Of a stretch of 64,000 bases of DNA, positions 54,301 to 64,000 are shown in pieces. This DNA comes from Candidatus Iainarchaeum sp. (lineage in GTDB: Archaea > B1Sed10-29 > WALL01). The notes beneath the pieces were generated by a model. That model did no database searches. It was not told the origin of the DNA and saw nothing but the letters and a program-made list of their open reading frames with translations. The position numbers were made by a program, and so were the translations under genes. The stretch's first letter is position 1. The number at the start of each line of letters is the position of its first letter. Location of the stretch: the NCBI GenBank assembly GCA_023129115.1, contig JAGMCR010000017.1, positions 1 to 64,000 on the forward strand, given 5' to 3'.

Positions 54301-54953
54301 AGCAGCAGCTCGCGGACCAGTACATCTCCCAGAAGAAGGAATACGAAGTCTTTTCAACAAGCGGCAAGAAAGTGGGCAAGGTAAACGGCCTCGCCATCAT
54401 GGGCGACGGCGGCATTGTCCTCCCCATCGAGGCAGAGGTCGCGCCGGCGCACTCCAAGAGCGAGGGCAAGCTAATCGCGACGGGCAAGCTCGGCGAAATC
54501 GCGCGCGAGGCAGTCACCAATGTCTCCGCCATCGTGAAGAAGTACAAGGGCACTGACATCTCCCGCCGCGACATCCACGTGCAGTTCCTCCAGACCTATG
54601 AGGGGGTGGAGGGCGACTCGGCGAGCGTTTCGGTTGCCACAGCATTAATCAGCGCGCTCGAGGAACTGCCGGTGGACCAGAGCATTGCCATGACGGGCTC
54701 GCTTAGCGTGCGCGGCGAGGTCCTCCCGGTCGGGGGAATCACCCCGAAAATAGAGGCGGCAATCGGCGCGGGCATGAAGACAGTCATAATCCCCGAGGCG
54801 AACAGGGACGACATCCTGCTCTCGCCCGAGGACTCCAAGAAAATCCGCATCATAACCGCGGCCAACCTCTATGACGTGCTCTCCAGCGTCCTGGCCAGCT
54901 CCAAGAAGAAGCCGGCCCTTTTGAAGAAAATCAAGCGCATCGTGAGCCGATAG
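51390..54953 (+). CDS. lonB: ATP-dependent protease LonB, intein-containing
   Basis: DQVLGQ, GEPGTGK|S, two TM helices, [14 protein letters not shown] catalytic Ser and PVGGITPK. Confidence 0.96.
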   Translation: MPKKRVAKKKPVKKKAAAKKKARGAPTAKPAAPPKAAKPRAKPLTKTTQSLPITIKSTAEIKIPAKTVDQVLGQEKGVEIVKKAARQRRNVFLLGEPGTGKCVAPETLITLAGGEVLPAESVFNRAKTNGIIVTQDSDRTLLSDTGLRTLSINRKNVKLTEEDVLYAARFKNLKQLFRIKTSLGSEVTLTDNHPLLTITKRGELKWVPAKDLSKGGRIASARSVTFPEITDIDFIDDLDGDITLCILDREFGLEEAKKKKVSYDKISHIRYKTSVTDSSSKKVKVVGNWSEELGRFLAYMLSETSITRDRNIIFTNNDKAAVTDFAFLAHSLFGIRFNVAKRKEHWYAQASSSSLCRFLNQVFDVALSSPNRSHITKFPRRMLSAPLPVLAAFIRTYYDMEGHVQKPRRRCMELCSGSKEFTRVMQIALLRFGIISRLKTRYNAATNTKGKKRRKYYYLFIFGAENLRKFRGSIGLHSGRKRERLERSIVIKPNPNLDVVPNIFEDLKFLKEKLEFKNTDVTDYPATFSRYVHGKREPSRRGLADITEKIANVYLSKQKVAGVYDEEVEDTIIKLSCLTDSDIYWDKIESITKTKSSDYVYDFTVPTNHSFLAGNILLHNSMLGLAMAELLPVSKLQDVLVYPNLGDPNQPKIKTVKAGKGLKIVEEETKKAMEGGSSKQMAGFIAFLFLLSIPWVLLWLGWLSELLAAACLIVAGMLGIGVVIGMQMRPRTDNTAPKLLVDNSRQKHAPFIEATGAKAGALLGDVKHDPLQSGGLGTPAHLRVIAGMIHRSHLGVLFIDEIGTLSAKSQQELLTAMQERKFSITGQSEMSSGAMVHTSPAPCNFVLVAAGNLLDLKNMHPALRSRIRGYGYEIYLNEKMPDTPENRVKIAQFIAQEVQKDGKIPHFSRAGVEAVIREAQKRAGRKGKLTVKLRELGGLVRAAGDIARADGSALVEPKHIKAAKKLARTMEQQLADQYISQKKEYEVFSTSGKKVGKVNGLAIMGDGGIVLPIEAEVAPAHSKSEGKLIATGKLGEIAREAVTNVSAIVKKYKGTDISRRDIHVQFLQTYEGVEGDSASVSVATALISALEELPVDQSIAMTGSLSVRGEVLPVGGITPKIEAAIGAGMKTVIIPEANRDDILLSPEDSKKIRIITAANLYDVLSSVLASSKKKPALLKKIKRIVSR
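51693..53249 (+). mobile_element. Intein (519 aa) in the LonB Walker A motif, LAGLIDADG-type with HTH-like segment
   Basis: GK|CVAPET start, TDNHP block [20 protein letters not shown]|S end; strongly AT-shifted. Confidence 0.93.
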
Positions 54954-54961
54954 CTTTTTTA

Positions 54962-55189
54962 TTGTGGGCGCCCATAATCCTTATCGTGTCATTCATTAAC
55001 TGGGACGAACTGTTCAAGGACAGGCTGGTTGGCCAGCTGGGCTTCGTGATGCTAGTGCTTAGCCCCTTCTCGATGGCTTTTGGGCTCGTCGTGAGGGACT
55101 ACCTGCTCTTCGGCTTCGCTTTTGTGATGCTCGTGCTGGGCGGCGCTAACCTAATCTACCTGACGCAGGTATCCAAGTCTAGGCGATAA
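54962..55189 (+). CDS. Small membrane protein (start uncertain)
   Basis: Hydrophobic ORF filling the gap between lonB and DUF373. Confidence 0.5.
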   Translation: MWAPIILIVSFINWDELFKDRLVGQLGFVMLVLSPFSMAFGLVVRDYLLFGFAFVMLVLGGANLIYLTQVSKSRR

Positions 55190-56465
55190 CTGCGCTGTTG
55201 TCCCTCACCAGCAGGACCTTGTTGAAGCTCACGGGCGTCTTTTCGCCGCCCTTGGTGTAATAGAAGTAGTTGCTCTTGTAGTCAATATAGCTAATTTTGC
55301 CGATGTCCTCGCCATCGGTGTCCTTGATTGCTATGCCCTTGCGCACGCGGGGCTTCACGTACTTCGTTATGTAAATGTACTTAATCACGAGGAAGCCCAC
55401 GAGCGTTATCATGAAGCTAGTGCCCACCGCGACGAACAAGTCTGCGAACGTGGGGCCGGTGGCGACGGCGTCTGTCCAGAACAGGAGGAACCTGCCCACC
55501 ACATCGGCGATGACGAAGAGCGCTATCATGGACACGATGCTCCTGGCGTACTTCCGTATCCTGTAGTACTCCCGCTTGTAGTACATGTCTCCAATCCTTC
55601 CGGCCAGGAACAGTATCGCCGCCAATACGGCCAGCCCAATGAAGCCCAGCAGGAACCCGGCAATATTCACTATATTGATGTATCCCGGCTTGATTATCAC
55701 TCCCGCGGGCACCGAGTCCCAGACGAATGAGATGTTGTCGAACCCAGCCCACAGCGAGAGCAGGGACAATAGCATCGAGCCAATGTAGAGCGGGAAGCTC
55801 GCGCGCTCGATGCTCGTGGTCTTCCTGAACGTGTTGAACGCGCCGACGAGCGCGTCCTCAATCCCGAACCCCTTGAGGATGAGGTAGACCCCAATCAATG
55901 CCAGGAAAACGTTGAGCGAAATCTGCTGGATTCCCAATAAGTGAACCGCGCCGTACAGCGCGAGCGCAATGCCCGGCAGGCCAAACACGAGCCGCGCGAA
56001 GTGCGGGTCACGCAGCACTTCCTTTATGACGTAATAGCTCTTCTCCAGTTCCTTGGCCTGCTTGACTATGATTGTCCGCACCCCAAGGACTTTCACCCTG
56101 GACTGTATGAGCGGCAGTACCTGCTCGTCGTCCGCGCCGTCGCTCACGAGCACGATGCCCTTGACATCGCCCTTCTTCAGTATGTTCTCGACCTGCTTCA
56201 CAATCGCCTTGTCGGCCTTGTGGTCGCGGTCCCTGTGGCCGCAGATGGTCACGACCTCGGCGGCATCGCCGTCCTTCTTCAGCTGGCGGTACGCCTTGAC
56301 CGCCCCGTACACTGCGTTAATGTCTGACTCGCTGGGGTCCTTGAGCGCGAGTGCCTGCGCCGCGGCCAGGTTGGCTTTTTCTCCTTTTATGGGGCTCTTG
56401 ACGCCGGCTTTCTTCCCGTAGTCGTCGTCGCGGTCCACGCACAGCACAATAGTCTTTTTCTTCAT
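55179..56465 (-). CDS. DUF373 family membrane protein
   Basis: VLCVDRDDD, DPSESDIN, VSDGADDE and VKQA..LE..YY motifs. Confidence 0.9.
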   Translation of the reverse strand: MKKKTIVLCVDRDDDYGKKAGVKSPIKGEKANLAAAQALALKDPSESDINAVYGAVKAYRQLKKDGDAAEVVTICGHRDRDHKADKAIVKQVENILKKGDVKGIVLVSDGADDEQVLPLIQSRVKVLGVRTIIVKQAKELEKSYYVIKEVLRDPHFARLVFGLPGIALALYGAVHLLGIQQISLNVFLALIGVYLILKGFGIEDALVGAFNTFRKTTSIERASFPLYIGSMLLSLLSLWAGFDNISFVWDSVPAGVIIKPGYINIVNIAGFLLGFIGLAVLAAILFLAGRIGDMYYKREYYRIRKYARSIVSMIALFVIADVVGRFLLFWTDAVATGPTFADLFVAVGTSFMITLVGFLVIKYIYITKYVKPRVRKGIAIKDTDGEDIGKISYIDYKSNYFYYTKGGEKTPVSFNKVLLVRDNSAVIA

Positions 56466-56520
56466 CTCGCCCTACCTTATCCCTTTATATATTTCGTTCT
56501 AATTTAAAATAATAGGTTAT

Positions 56521-57558
56521 ATGCCCCAGTTAAAGGATATTACGACAATTCGCCCGGCTGGCAAGAAGCCGCGCGGGAAAGAAGTGGGCAGTTTCCTGCT
56601 CGTTTTGGTATTGGCTGTGCTCGGGATTTTCGCTGTCTACGCCCTGGGCTACATCAGCGAATTCGTCCTCTTGATTGGCCTCCTCATCGTGCTCTTTTAC
56701 GTCTACTCCAGCACCCCGCCTTTCCTGGTTGAGCTCGAGCAGTACGAGCGCGCCGTGGTGCTGAGGTACGGAAAGTTCCTGCGCGTTGCCGGACCGGGAT
56801 GGGTTTTCCTCACGCCTTTCATCGACGACGCGCGCATCGTTGACCAGCGCGTCGTGGTCGTGGACATACAGCCCCAGGAAGTCCTGTCGAAGGACAACAT
56901 CAAGCTCCAAATAGACGGCATCATCTACATGAAAATCAACGACGCCGAGGCCGCCGTAATCAACATCAAGGACCCCATGGAGGCCGCCACCACCTACGTG
57001 CGCGCCCACTTGCGTGACATAATCGGCAAGATGGAGCTCGAGGCAGTAATCAGCGACATCCACGTCATCAACGAATTGCTCCGCGCGGGCCTGGCCAAGG
57101 TCTCGAAAGAATGGGGCGTCCAGGTAGAGAAAATCGAAATCCAGAGCATCGAGCTCCCCCAGGTCGTGATGGACTCGATGCACGACCGCAAGGCCGCAGA
57201 GCAAAAGAAGTACGCGACCGAGGAGTTGGCGAAGGCCCACGCCATCCAGATTGACGCAGTCCGCAAGGCAGCCGGCCGATTGAGCGACCCCGCGCTGCAG
57301 TACCTGTACCTCCAGGCACTCGAAAAAGTTGCAGAAGGCAAGTCATCAAAAATCATTTTCCCGCTCGAGCTGACCCATCTCGCGGACCGCTTGTCCGGCA
57401 GCATGACGGCCAAGCAGAAGGACAAGTTCGAGGACGACCTGCTCGACAGCTACAACGAGGTCATTCTCGATGAGACGCGGGAGGGGGTGCCGATTTCGCG
57501 TGAGGACATCCTAAAGACGCTGAAGCGCAAGGCCCGGAAAAAGCTGAAGGGGAAGTGA
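56521..57558 (+). CDS. SPFH/Band 7 (stomatin-like) protein
   Basis: YERAVVLRYGK, QEVLSKDN and LRDIIGKMEL motifs. Confidence 0.92.
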   Translation: MPQLKDITTIRPAGKKPRGKEVGSFLLVLVLAVLGIFAVYALGYISEFVLLIGLLIVLFYVYSSTPPFLVELEQYERAVVLRYGKFLRVAGPGWVFLTPFIDDARIVDQRVVVVDIQPQEVLSKDNIKLQIDGIIYMKINDAEAAVINIKDPMEAATTYVRAHLRDIIGKMELEAVISDIHVINELLRAGLAKVSKEWGVQVEKIEIQSIELPQVVMDSMHDRKAAEQKKYATEELAKAHAIQIDAVRKAAGRLSDPALQYLYLQALEKVAEGKSSKIIFPLELTHLADRLSGSMTAKQKDKFEDDLLDSYNEVILDETREGVPISREDILKTLKRKARKKLKGK

Positions 57559-57562
57559 ACCA

Positions 57563-58003
57563 ATGGGCTGGCTTGAGGTATTCCTGCTTGTTTTAAGCCC
57601 GGGCATAGAGCTCCGCGGCGCCATTCCTTACGGCATAGCTACTGGCATGGACCCCATCGTGGTCGGCATCGCCGCCACAGTAGCCAACATTCTCCTGGTT
57701 TTCCCACTCTTCTTTTTCCTTGACCACGTCTTCCCCATGTTCGAGAGCTGGACACTATCCCAAAAGCTCTTGAAGCGCGCCCGCAGGGCGGCGGCCCCGT
57801 ACGTGGACCAGTACGGCCGGATTGGCCTCGCCTTGTTCGTGGCAGTCCCGCTGCCGGGCTCTGGCGTCTACAGCGGCGCCCTCGCTGCCTATGTACTCGG
57901 CGTCCCCAGAAAATCGTCCATGGTGGGAATCGGCGTGGGCGCGGCCCTCGCCGGAATGCTCGTCACCTGCATCTCGGCGGGCTTCTTGCCGATGCTGCTT
58001 TAG
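57563..58003 (+). CDS. Putative small multidrug export protein (COG2426-like)
   Basis: ELRGAIP and LFVAVPLPGSG motifs. Confidence 0.88.
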   Translation: MGWLEVFLLVLSPGIELRGAIPYGIATGMDPIVVGIAATVANILLVFPLFFFLDHVFPMFESWTLSQKLLKRARRAAAPYVDQYGRIGLALFVAVPLPGSGVYSGALAAYVLGVPRKSSMVGIGVGAALAGMLVTCISAGFLPMLL

Positions 58004-58830
58004 CCAGCAGCCATCGCTTCTATAAACGCCCCGATCACCACGAACACTACTGCGAGCAGCAGGATTGTCGCGATGTCCTTGATGACGACTTTGTTCTTGT
58101 AGTCCTTTCTTATCAGTGCGGCCGACAGCATGCCCGCGCCCAGGCCGCCGAGCAAGTACGACCCGACCTCGAAAAGCCCGTGCGGGAACAGCGAAATAAG
58201 CGAATAAGGCAATGCAATCAAGTAAGAAACAATCAAGCTGCCGCCGCTTTGCGCAGCGTGCTGCCTCGCAAGCGTCCCAATTAGGACCCCGACAACACTG
58301 GCGTTCCACGTGACTATATACACAGCTCCCGCCCCGAACACGAACGAAAACAATAACACGAGCGCGAGCACCCCCAGGTTGTTTTCCACGAGGCACATGA
58401 ACCCGCACGGGCTGGTTACCTGGCCGGTCTGCCGCAGCGACTCAATCGCGCCCAACTCGCCCACCTGGCTCGAGAACACGCCCTCCATGGTCTCCAGCGG
58501 AAACACGGTGAAGAACAGTGAAGTAACGATGATGAACCCAATGAAGTAAAGCCCGTACACCGCGAACATGTCCCCGTGCCGCATGAGCATCCCAATCTCG
58601 CTCTTGCTAAGCCACGGCTCGGTGTCCTCCTTCTCCTCAATCTGGATAACCCGCACCATCAGCGGCGCGGCCGCGATGCACGCAAAAGCCACGACGAGGT
58701 GCCCGCTCTCGTTCCCAGTGCCAATCATGCCAGCCAATGCAATCGCCACTGCCCCAATCGCCATGGCCAGGAAAAGCATCTTCCACGGCGCCCTCTCGGC
58801 TTTTTCGGCCTCAAGCAAAGACTCAAGCAT
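58000..58830 (-). CDS. Stage II sporulation protein M-like membrane protein
   Basis: NNLGV, WNASVVG, PHGLFE and GAFIE motifs. Confidence 0.85.
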   Translation of the reverse strand: MLESLLEAEKAERAPWKMLFLAMAIGAVAIALAGMIGTGNESGHLVVAFACIAAAPLMVRVIQIEEKEDTEPWLSKSEIGMLMRHGDMFAVYGLYFIGFIIVTSLFFTVFPLETMEGVFSSQVGELGAIESLRQTGQVTSPCGFMCLVENNLGVLALVLLFSFVFGAGAVYIVTWNASVVGVLIGTLARQHAAQSGGSLIVSYLIALPYSLISLFPHGLFEVGSYLLGGLGAGMLSAALIRKDYKNKVVIKDIATILLLAVVFVVIGAFIEAMAAG

Positions 58831-58870
58831 GAATAACACCTTCTTCGAGCAAGTTTAAAACGTTTTCCAC

Positions 58871-59851
58871 TCACAGCCTCGTTTTTTCGAATACCCACGG
58901 CACTGCGGACGGGTACTCCACGACTTTGAAGGCATTGTATTTATTTGCGAGCCGCCTCGCGTCTTCGACACTGGCCCGCGCCTCTCCATTAACCCAGTCC
59001 AGCCCAAGCCGCTTTGCCACTGCCTTGTCGACATCCACGACCCCCCGGACCAAGTAGCCATAACGATTCACTTTTTCGTAGTGGCACTTGATTGTTTCTG
59101 CCCTTCGACGTAATCGTTTCACGAGCTGGCCGGCATACTTGTAGTGCACCGAGCAAAAATGCGCGCGGCCACCGACTTCTTTGGCGTACCGAACAGTTTT
59201 CTCGCCGAGCTCCCGGCTTCCTTCTGCAGCAAACCCGTCGCCCCGCTGCTTGAACCCGTGTGCATTCATTTCTTCTTCGTTGGTGTCCGAGTACTCGAAC
59301 TCGTTAAGGTTCAGGAACAACCCGTTGTCGGCAGCGAATTCCACGGCGCTCTTAAGCCGCTTCCAGTCCCCGGGAATGCAGGGCACTTCAATGCCCACGC
59401 CCATCCCGCTGTCCATCGCAGGCCTAAGCCCTTCAAATCCGTGGAGTGCGTGGAAGCGAATTTCGTCCAGCCCCGCTTTTTCGAGCAAAGAAATGTTTTT
59501 TTCAGTCACGAGGTCGCCATAGGTATACAAGTGCACGTGGTAGCCACCAAAATTCTGTTTGGCCAGCCGGATGTAGCCACACACTTTGTTGACCTCGCAC
59601 AGTGGGTCTCCGCCAGTGACGCCCATCCCGGTTGCCCGCATTTCCCGGGACTCGTCCAGAAAGTCCTTGTTTTTGTGGATTGGGCGCTCGTTTGCCCATG
59701 CTTGTTTTTTGCCTTTCCGCAGGTCGGATATCGGGCAGTAAAAACAGTGCTGGCTGCATAGCCCCGTGGCAAAGAACACCATTTTCTCGCCTCTCCAGCA
59801 GCGTTTGCAGCCTTCTGCGAGCCTTCCGGCTCTAAACGAGTTGTACCACAC
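58871..59851 (-). CDS. Radical SAM protein (COG2108-like)
   Basis: CSQHCFYC, TGGDP, HLYT, LDEIRFH and NLNEFE motifs. Confidence 0.88.
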   Translation of the reverse strand: MWYNSFRAGRLAEGCKRCWRGEKMVFFATGLCSQHCFYCPISDLRKGKKQAWANERPIHKNKDFLDESREMRATGMGVTGGDPLCEVNKVCGYIRLAKQNFGGYHVHLYTYGDLVTEKNISLLEKAGLDEIRFHALHGFEGLRPAMDSGMGVGIEVPCIPGDWKRLKSAVEFAADNGLFLNLNEFEYSDTNEEEMNAHGFKQRGDGFAAEGSRELGEKTVRYAKEVGGRAHFCSVHYKYAGQLVKRLRRRAETIKCHYEKVNRYGYLVRGVVDVDKAVAKRLGLDWVNGEARASVEDARRLANKYNAFKVVEYPSAVPWVFEKTRL

Positions 59852-59908
59852 GGTTCCATTTATAAACCCCTCCTCTCATAAACCTACCGATTTTGAGGAG
59901 ATGAAACA

Positions 59909-60475
59909 ATGCCAGAGGAATTATTGTTCCCCGGCGACTTTATTGTCAATGCCGAGGAATTCCTGCCCGGAATGGGCACTTATGTTGAAGAGGGCAAGGT
60001 TTATGCCGCTGAAGTCGGGACCGCAAAAAAAGACCTAGACAAGCGCGAGGTCTCTGTCGAAAGCAAGAGCAGGACCCCCACCATGCAGAAGAGGGGCCTT
60101 GAGGTCATGGGCATCGTCGCCAAGACCAGCGAAAAAGCGGCGTTCGTGGACCTTTTCCCATTCGAGAGCGACAAGCACCGCTTCGCCCCAATCCAGGCCT
60201 CGACAGTCCTGCGCGTGAACAACATCCGCAGCGGGTTCGTGAAGGACCTGCGGGACGAGTTCAAAATCGGCGACATAGTCCGCGTCAAGATACTTGAGGC
60301 TGAGCCGCAGAACGTCGTGGTCAGCACCGAGGGGCCAAACCTCGGGGTAATCAAGGCATTCTGCGTCAAGTGCCGCACCCCCCTCGACAAGGATGGCAAG
60401 GACCTTGTCTGCCCCGCGTGCGGGTGGAAGGACCACAGGCACATGGCCAAGGACTACCGCGAAGCACAGGCGTGA
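59909..60475 (+). CDS. csl4: Exosome RNA-binding subunit Csl4
   Basis: EEFLPGMGTY, S1 domain GDIVRVK, Zn ribbon CVKC..CPAC. Confidence 0.93.
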   Translation: MPEELLFPGDFIVNAEEFLPGMGTYVEEGKVYAAEVGTAKKDLDKREVSVESKSRTPTMQKRGLEVMGIVAKTSEKAAFVDLFPFESDKHRFAPIQASTVLRVNNIRSGFVKDLRDEFKIGDIVRVKILEAEPQNVVVSTEGPNLGVIKAFCVKCRTPLDKDGKDLVCPACGWKDHRHMAKDYREAQA

Positions 60476-60481
60476 TATCCC

Positions 60482-60781
60482 ATGGAACTGGTTTTTCTAG
60501 AGAACAGGAAGGACTCGATGATAGTCGAGCTCAAGGGCGAGGCACACACTTTCCCCGGCCTATTGTGCTGGGCCCTCCTGAAGGACCCCAAAGTGCAAGT
60601 AGCTGTCTACGAGGTGCCCCACCCCCTGGTCGGCACGCCGAGGATGCACATAAAGACCAAGGGCGAGGAGCCCAAGGCCGCGCTCAAGAAGGCACTGAAG
60701 CTCATCCAGAAAGAGCTTGACTCGGTCAACAAGCCAGTCTCCAAGATAAGGGCTTCCCCGAAAGCCAAGGGCAAGAAGTGA
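60482..60781 (+). CDS. rpoL: RNA polymerase subunit L (Rpo11)
   Basis: GEAHTF and YEVPHPL motifs; follows csl4. Confidence 0.92.
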   Translation: MELVFLENRKDSMIVELKGEAHTFPGLLCWALLKDPKVQVAVYEVPHPLVGTPRMHIKTKGEEPKAALKKALKLIQKELDSVNKPVSKIRASPKAKGKK

Positions 60782-60784
60782 GCT

Positions 60785-61519
60785 ATGTTCGGCAAGTACG
60801 ACCCCGCTGACTTCCTGAAGAAGCGATACAGGCTAAAGGGCTGGAAAGCCGAGGCAGTGGACTGGGGAGTCGGCTTCCTCGAGGCCGCCTTGTTCTACTT
60901 CGTTATCCTCCCGCTAGTCCTCGGCACCTACCCACCGGCCGTCGTGGTCCAGACCTGCTCCATGACCGGCACCTACAACGTGGGCGACGTCGCAGTATTG
61001 ATGGGCACTTCGTTCGACGCCATCAGCGCCCCCGAAATAACCACTCCCGCTCTGGACTATTCCATTTACCCCAACGACATCCGCGAACAAACACAAAAGC
61101 TCGTCTTCGGCGACGGCCAGGAGCTCGCGGTGCAGACAACCGGCGACATAGTGCTCCACGTATCCCCCATAAGCGGCGAGCAAATAATCCACCGCGCCAT
61201 CGCCAAGGTAACCACTCCAACGGGCCGCTACCTAATCACCAAGGGCGACACGAACATGCTCCCCGACTCAGCCAAAATCGAGTGCGCCGAGTGGGTCGAA
61301 GAGGGGGGTGTCCAGAAGTGTACCCTGCTCAGCCAGCAAATCAGGCAGCTCTGCTCTCCCGCTGACGTGGGCTGGCCCGGCTGCATCAGCACGCCCGTGC
61401 CCGAGGGCAAAATCCTCGGCAAGTCGATCCTGACAATCCCGCTCGTGGGCCACGTCAAAATGCTCTTCATGCACATAGTCACTTTGGGCCACGGCTACCC
61501 TGGCCCGCTGTGGTGCTAA
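60785..61519 (+). CDS. Signal peptidase I (S26B/Sec11-type) with Cys-rich insertion
   Basis: CSM (catalytic Ser), GD, IIHR, TKGDTN and GK..TIPLVG motifs. Confidence 0.8.
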   Translation: MFGKYDPADFLKKRYRLKGWKAEAVDWGVGFLEAALFYFVILPLVLGTYPPAVVVQTCSMTGTYNVGDVAVLMGTSFDAISAPEITTPALDYSIYPNDIREQTQKLVFGDGQELAVQTTGDIVLHVSPISGEQIIHRAIAKVTTPTGRYLITKGDTNMLPDSAKIECAEWVEEGGVQKCTLLSQQIRQLCSPADVGWPGCISTPVPEGKILGKSILTIPLVGHVKMLFMHIVTLGHGYPGPLWC

Positions 61520-61563
61520 ACAATTAAATACCTTCGTGCCGTTTCCCATTCGAGGTGTATTCA

Positions 61564-62187
61564 ATGGACGTCAGGTACGACCGCGCGAACGACTTGTTCT
61601 GGGTGAACGGCAAGCAGGTGTACTGGTCGAGCGTTTACGTGCTCCGCCAGAAAAAAAGCGGCTTCAAGAAATTGTGCCGCAGCCTCAAGGTAAGCAAGGA
61701 AGAGCAGCCGCTCTTCATTGAGGAGCTGGACGACCTGCGCAAGCTTGGCTTCATCCGCGGCAAGGAAAAAATCTCTGTCACCAAGAAAGGAAAGGAATTC
61801 CTCCACGCCATTGAAAAGAAAATCAAGTTCAGGCACCTCCGCGAGAGGGGTATCGAGGACATCGACGACGTGTTCGAGGAAGCAGAAAAAATCGACCACC
61901 TCCGGCTCTCGAAGACAAAGCTCTTGGTCCCGACGCTCCCCGACCACTACGAGCGCGTGGACTGGTTCGCGCTCTTCGTCAACAGCGCGGTCGGGTACTT
62001 TTTCGTGCTGGTCGTTGCGCTGCTCGTCTGGTTTGGGATGGGCGCGCTCGGCGGAGACGCCTTGATAGTCCAGCTCGCGATGTCTCCCATAGCCTCGGTC
62101 ATGACCATCGGCTTTGCCACCGTATTCCTCTGGATTTTCTACCAGGGCGGGAAGGCCATCGAGGGCTTCGCCTTCAGGCACAAATAA
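61564..62187 (+). CDS. Hypothetical protein: wHTH-like N-terminus plus two C-terminal TM helices
   Basis: LDDLRKLGFI..ISVTKKGKEFL winged-helix pattern; hydrophobic C-terminus. Confidence 0.65.
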   Translation: MDVRYDRANDLFWVNGKQVYWSSVYVLRQKKSGFKKLCRSLKVSKEEQPLFIEELDDLRKLGFIRGKEKISVTKKGKEFLHAIEKKIKFRHLRERGIEDIDDVFEEAEKIDHLRLSKTKLLVPTLPDHYERVDWFALFVNSAVGYFFVLVVALLVWFGMGALGGDALIVQLAMSPIASVMTIGFATVFLWIFYQGGKAIEGFAFRHK

Positions 62188-62221
62188 AAACCCCGGCGCT
62201 TAAACCATATGTGGTGTTCCC

Positions 62222-62971
62222 ATGTTCGAGCTAGTAGTCTCCAACGCCAAGAGCTTCAAGGCCTCTATCGACGCCATAGTCACACTGATTGACGAGGGCG
62301 AGTTCCAGCTGACCGAGAACGGGCTGGTCCTGAAGGCAATGGACCCGTCGCAAATCGCGATGGTCTCGTTCGTGATGCCCAAGAGCGCTTTTGAAAAATA
62401 CGAGGTGGAGGGCGACCAAAAAATCGGCTTGAACCTAGAGGACCTCGCTAAGGTAATGTCGCGCGTGCGCGGCGACGAGAAGCTCGTCATCAAGCTGGAC
62501 GAGAGCAAGGCCCGCCTTGTTCTGCTGTTCAAGGGAAAGACCACCCGCCGCTTTGTTGTCCCACTGCTGGACATTAGCGCGTCCGCGCCGCGGGAGCCGA
62601 GCATTGACTTCGAGTCAAAGATAAAGTTCTCGGGCAACTTCTTCAAGGAGGCATTGAAGGACACGGGCCTCGTGTCTTCGCATGTTGTCCTCTCGTCGCT
62701 GAAGGACGCGTTCGTCATCGAGGCAAACGGCGACAAGGGCGAGGTCTCAATCCGCGCGGACAAGGGGAGCGACCAATTGTTCGACTACACGGTGAAGAGC
62801 GAGTCCCGGGCCATGTACCCACTTGACTACCTCAACGACCTGCTCAAGAACACTGACGCGGCGACCGCGGTCGACCTGGAACTACGGACAGACGCGCCTC
62901 TCCGGCTCGCGTACAAAATCGACGACGCGACAATCACGTACTACCTGGCGCCGCGCATCGAGACTGCTTGA
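62222..62971 (+). CDS. pcn: Proliferating cell nuclear antigen (sliding clamp)
   Basis: AMDPSQIAMV and YYLAPRIE motifs. Confidence 0.97.
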   Translation: MFELVVSNAKSFKASIDAIVTLIDEGEFQLTENGLVLKAMDPSQIAMVSFVMPKSAFEKYEVEGDQKIGLNLEDLAKVMSRVRGDEKLVIKLDESKARLVLLFKGKTTRRFVVPLLDISASAPREPSIDFESKIKFSGNFFKEALKDTGLVSSHVVLSSLKDAFVIEANGDKGEVSIRADKGSDQLFDYTVKSESRAMYPLDYLNDLLKNTDAATAVDLELRTDAPLRLAYKIDDATITYYLAPRIETA

Positions 62972-63017
62972 GGCAACGCTTTTATAGCCGATATCCCTTA
63001 CCCCCATAGTGATTATA

Positions 63018-64000
63018 ATGAAGCGCCTACTACTGCTATGCCTGTTGCTCGCCAGCGTGTTCGCCGCGTCTCTCGGCACCACGTTCGAAATCGACCTGGG
63101 CGATCCCATAACTCTTTCTGGGTCTAACTTTGCGTTGGTCTCGGTCAATGTTTCCTTCATGCCCGGCCAGACTAGCTTCATTGTTGTTGACGTCGACGAC
63201 GAAGAGCACACTATTGACTTTTTGGGTTACGTTGAGACTGATGGCTTCACAATCAAGTGGACCGACACGATGGTTGGGACCGGCGCGACCAGCGCATACC
63301 TCCACGTCACCGAAATAGTCTCAATCTCTCTCGACACGAGTTTTACCCTCAACACTAAAACAACGCCCAAGGCGCGTTATGGCTCAATGATGATTGAGCT
63401 GACCGAGACTTACCAAAGCTCCCTGCCTGGGGTGCCCTCGACAGCGACCGTAAAGATTGACGGCAGCGAGGAAACCATCGCCATCGGAGGGAACACTACT
63501 GCGGGAGACTACATACTCTCCGCCGAGTCAATTTCCTTCGGCTCTCCTGACGACGTCACTTTCTTGCTCAGCTCTCCCCCGGCAGAAGAAGCTCCTGAAG
63601 TAACGCCTACTCCAACCCCTGAGCCAACTCCCACCGCCACTCCAGAGCCGACACCAACTCCCGAGCCAGACAGCGGCACATCCACGCCCCAGGCAATTGG
63701 CGGCACATCCACTCCAACCCCAACTCCCGCACCGATGTTAATCGCAGCCCCCCGGGCAATCAGGGCAGTTCCGGTTGCCATCGTGGCTCCGGTCGCCAGC
63801 AGCACCGCGGTCACCGCCAAAATCCAGGCAACACGCATCGCGGAAACCACTTCCCAGGTTAGGGCGCACAGCGCGGCCGGCAACAAAATCACTTACCAGG
63901 TCGAGGGCAACGCGACTTCACAAGGATACCTTCAAGTATCCAATGCGCCACGCAAGCCGAAGCAAGTCAAGTTCGACGGCGCGGAAATCCCGGAGTGCAG
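63018..64000 (+). CDS. Partial CDS (runs off the window): secreted or cell-surface protein with Pro/Thr-rich linker
   Basis: Manual translation MKRLLLLCLLLASVFA.. open to the window end; TPTPTPEPTPTATPEPTPTPEP near 63600-63730. Confidence 0.8.
   Translation, partial: MKRLLLLCLLLASVFAASLGTTFEIDLGDPITLSGSNFALVSVNVSFMPGQTSFIVVDVDDEEHTIDFLGYVETDGFTIKWTDTMVGTGATSAYLHVTEIVSISLDTSFTLNTKTTPKARYGSMMIELTETYQSSLPGVPSTATVKIDGSEETIAIGGNTTAGDYILSAESISFGSPDDVTFLLSSPPAEEAPEVTPTPTPEPTPTATPEPTPTPEPDSGTSTPQAIGGTSTPTPTPAPMLIAAPRAIRAVPVAIVAPVASSTAVTAKIQATRIAETTSQVRAHSAAGNKITYQVEGNATSQGYLQVSNAPRKPKQVKFDGAEIPEC

Noticed and set aside
63590-63730. Low-complexity repeat
   Set aside because: An ordinary Pro/Thr linker of a surface protein, not a DNA-level element.

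Overview
Gene-dense, GC-rich archaeal chromosome segment. Archaeal identity comes from PCNA, RFC small/large, RadB, RpoL, Csl4, pelota, ABCE1, CDC48, LonB, Taw3, PheS/PheT and TATA-type promoters; the compact and truncated proteins and many pilin-like genes suggest a DPANN-like lineage (inference). Most of the window is housekeeping genes for replication, translation quality control, tRNA modification and proteolysis. It also holds two clusters of class III signal-peptide (pilin-like) genes, two LAGLIDADG-type inteins (CDC48, LonB), a four-protease operon (M29-TldD-PmbA-metallopeptidase) and several divergent orphan genes. The most unusual structure lies at 43.5-44.6 kb. The 3' end of the RNase Z gene is re-created twice downstream in a 113-bp tandem unit that carries a perfect GC hairpin and reads as a TGATG-coupled 37-aa mini-ORF. 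The next gene, nucleoside-phosphorylase-like, ends in the same FM[RK][LI]EI-stop sequence and is flanked by a 17-bp direct repeat, suggesting a cassette or attachment-site system. I recognised no rRNA, tRNA, CRISPR array, integrase or transposase by eye.
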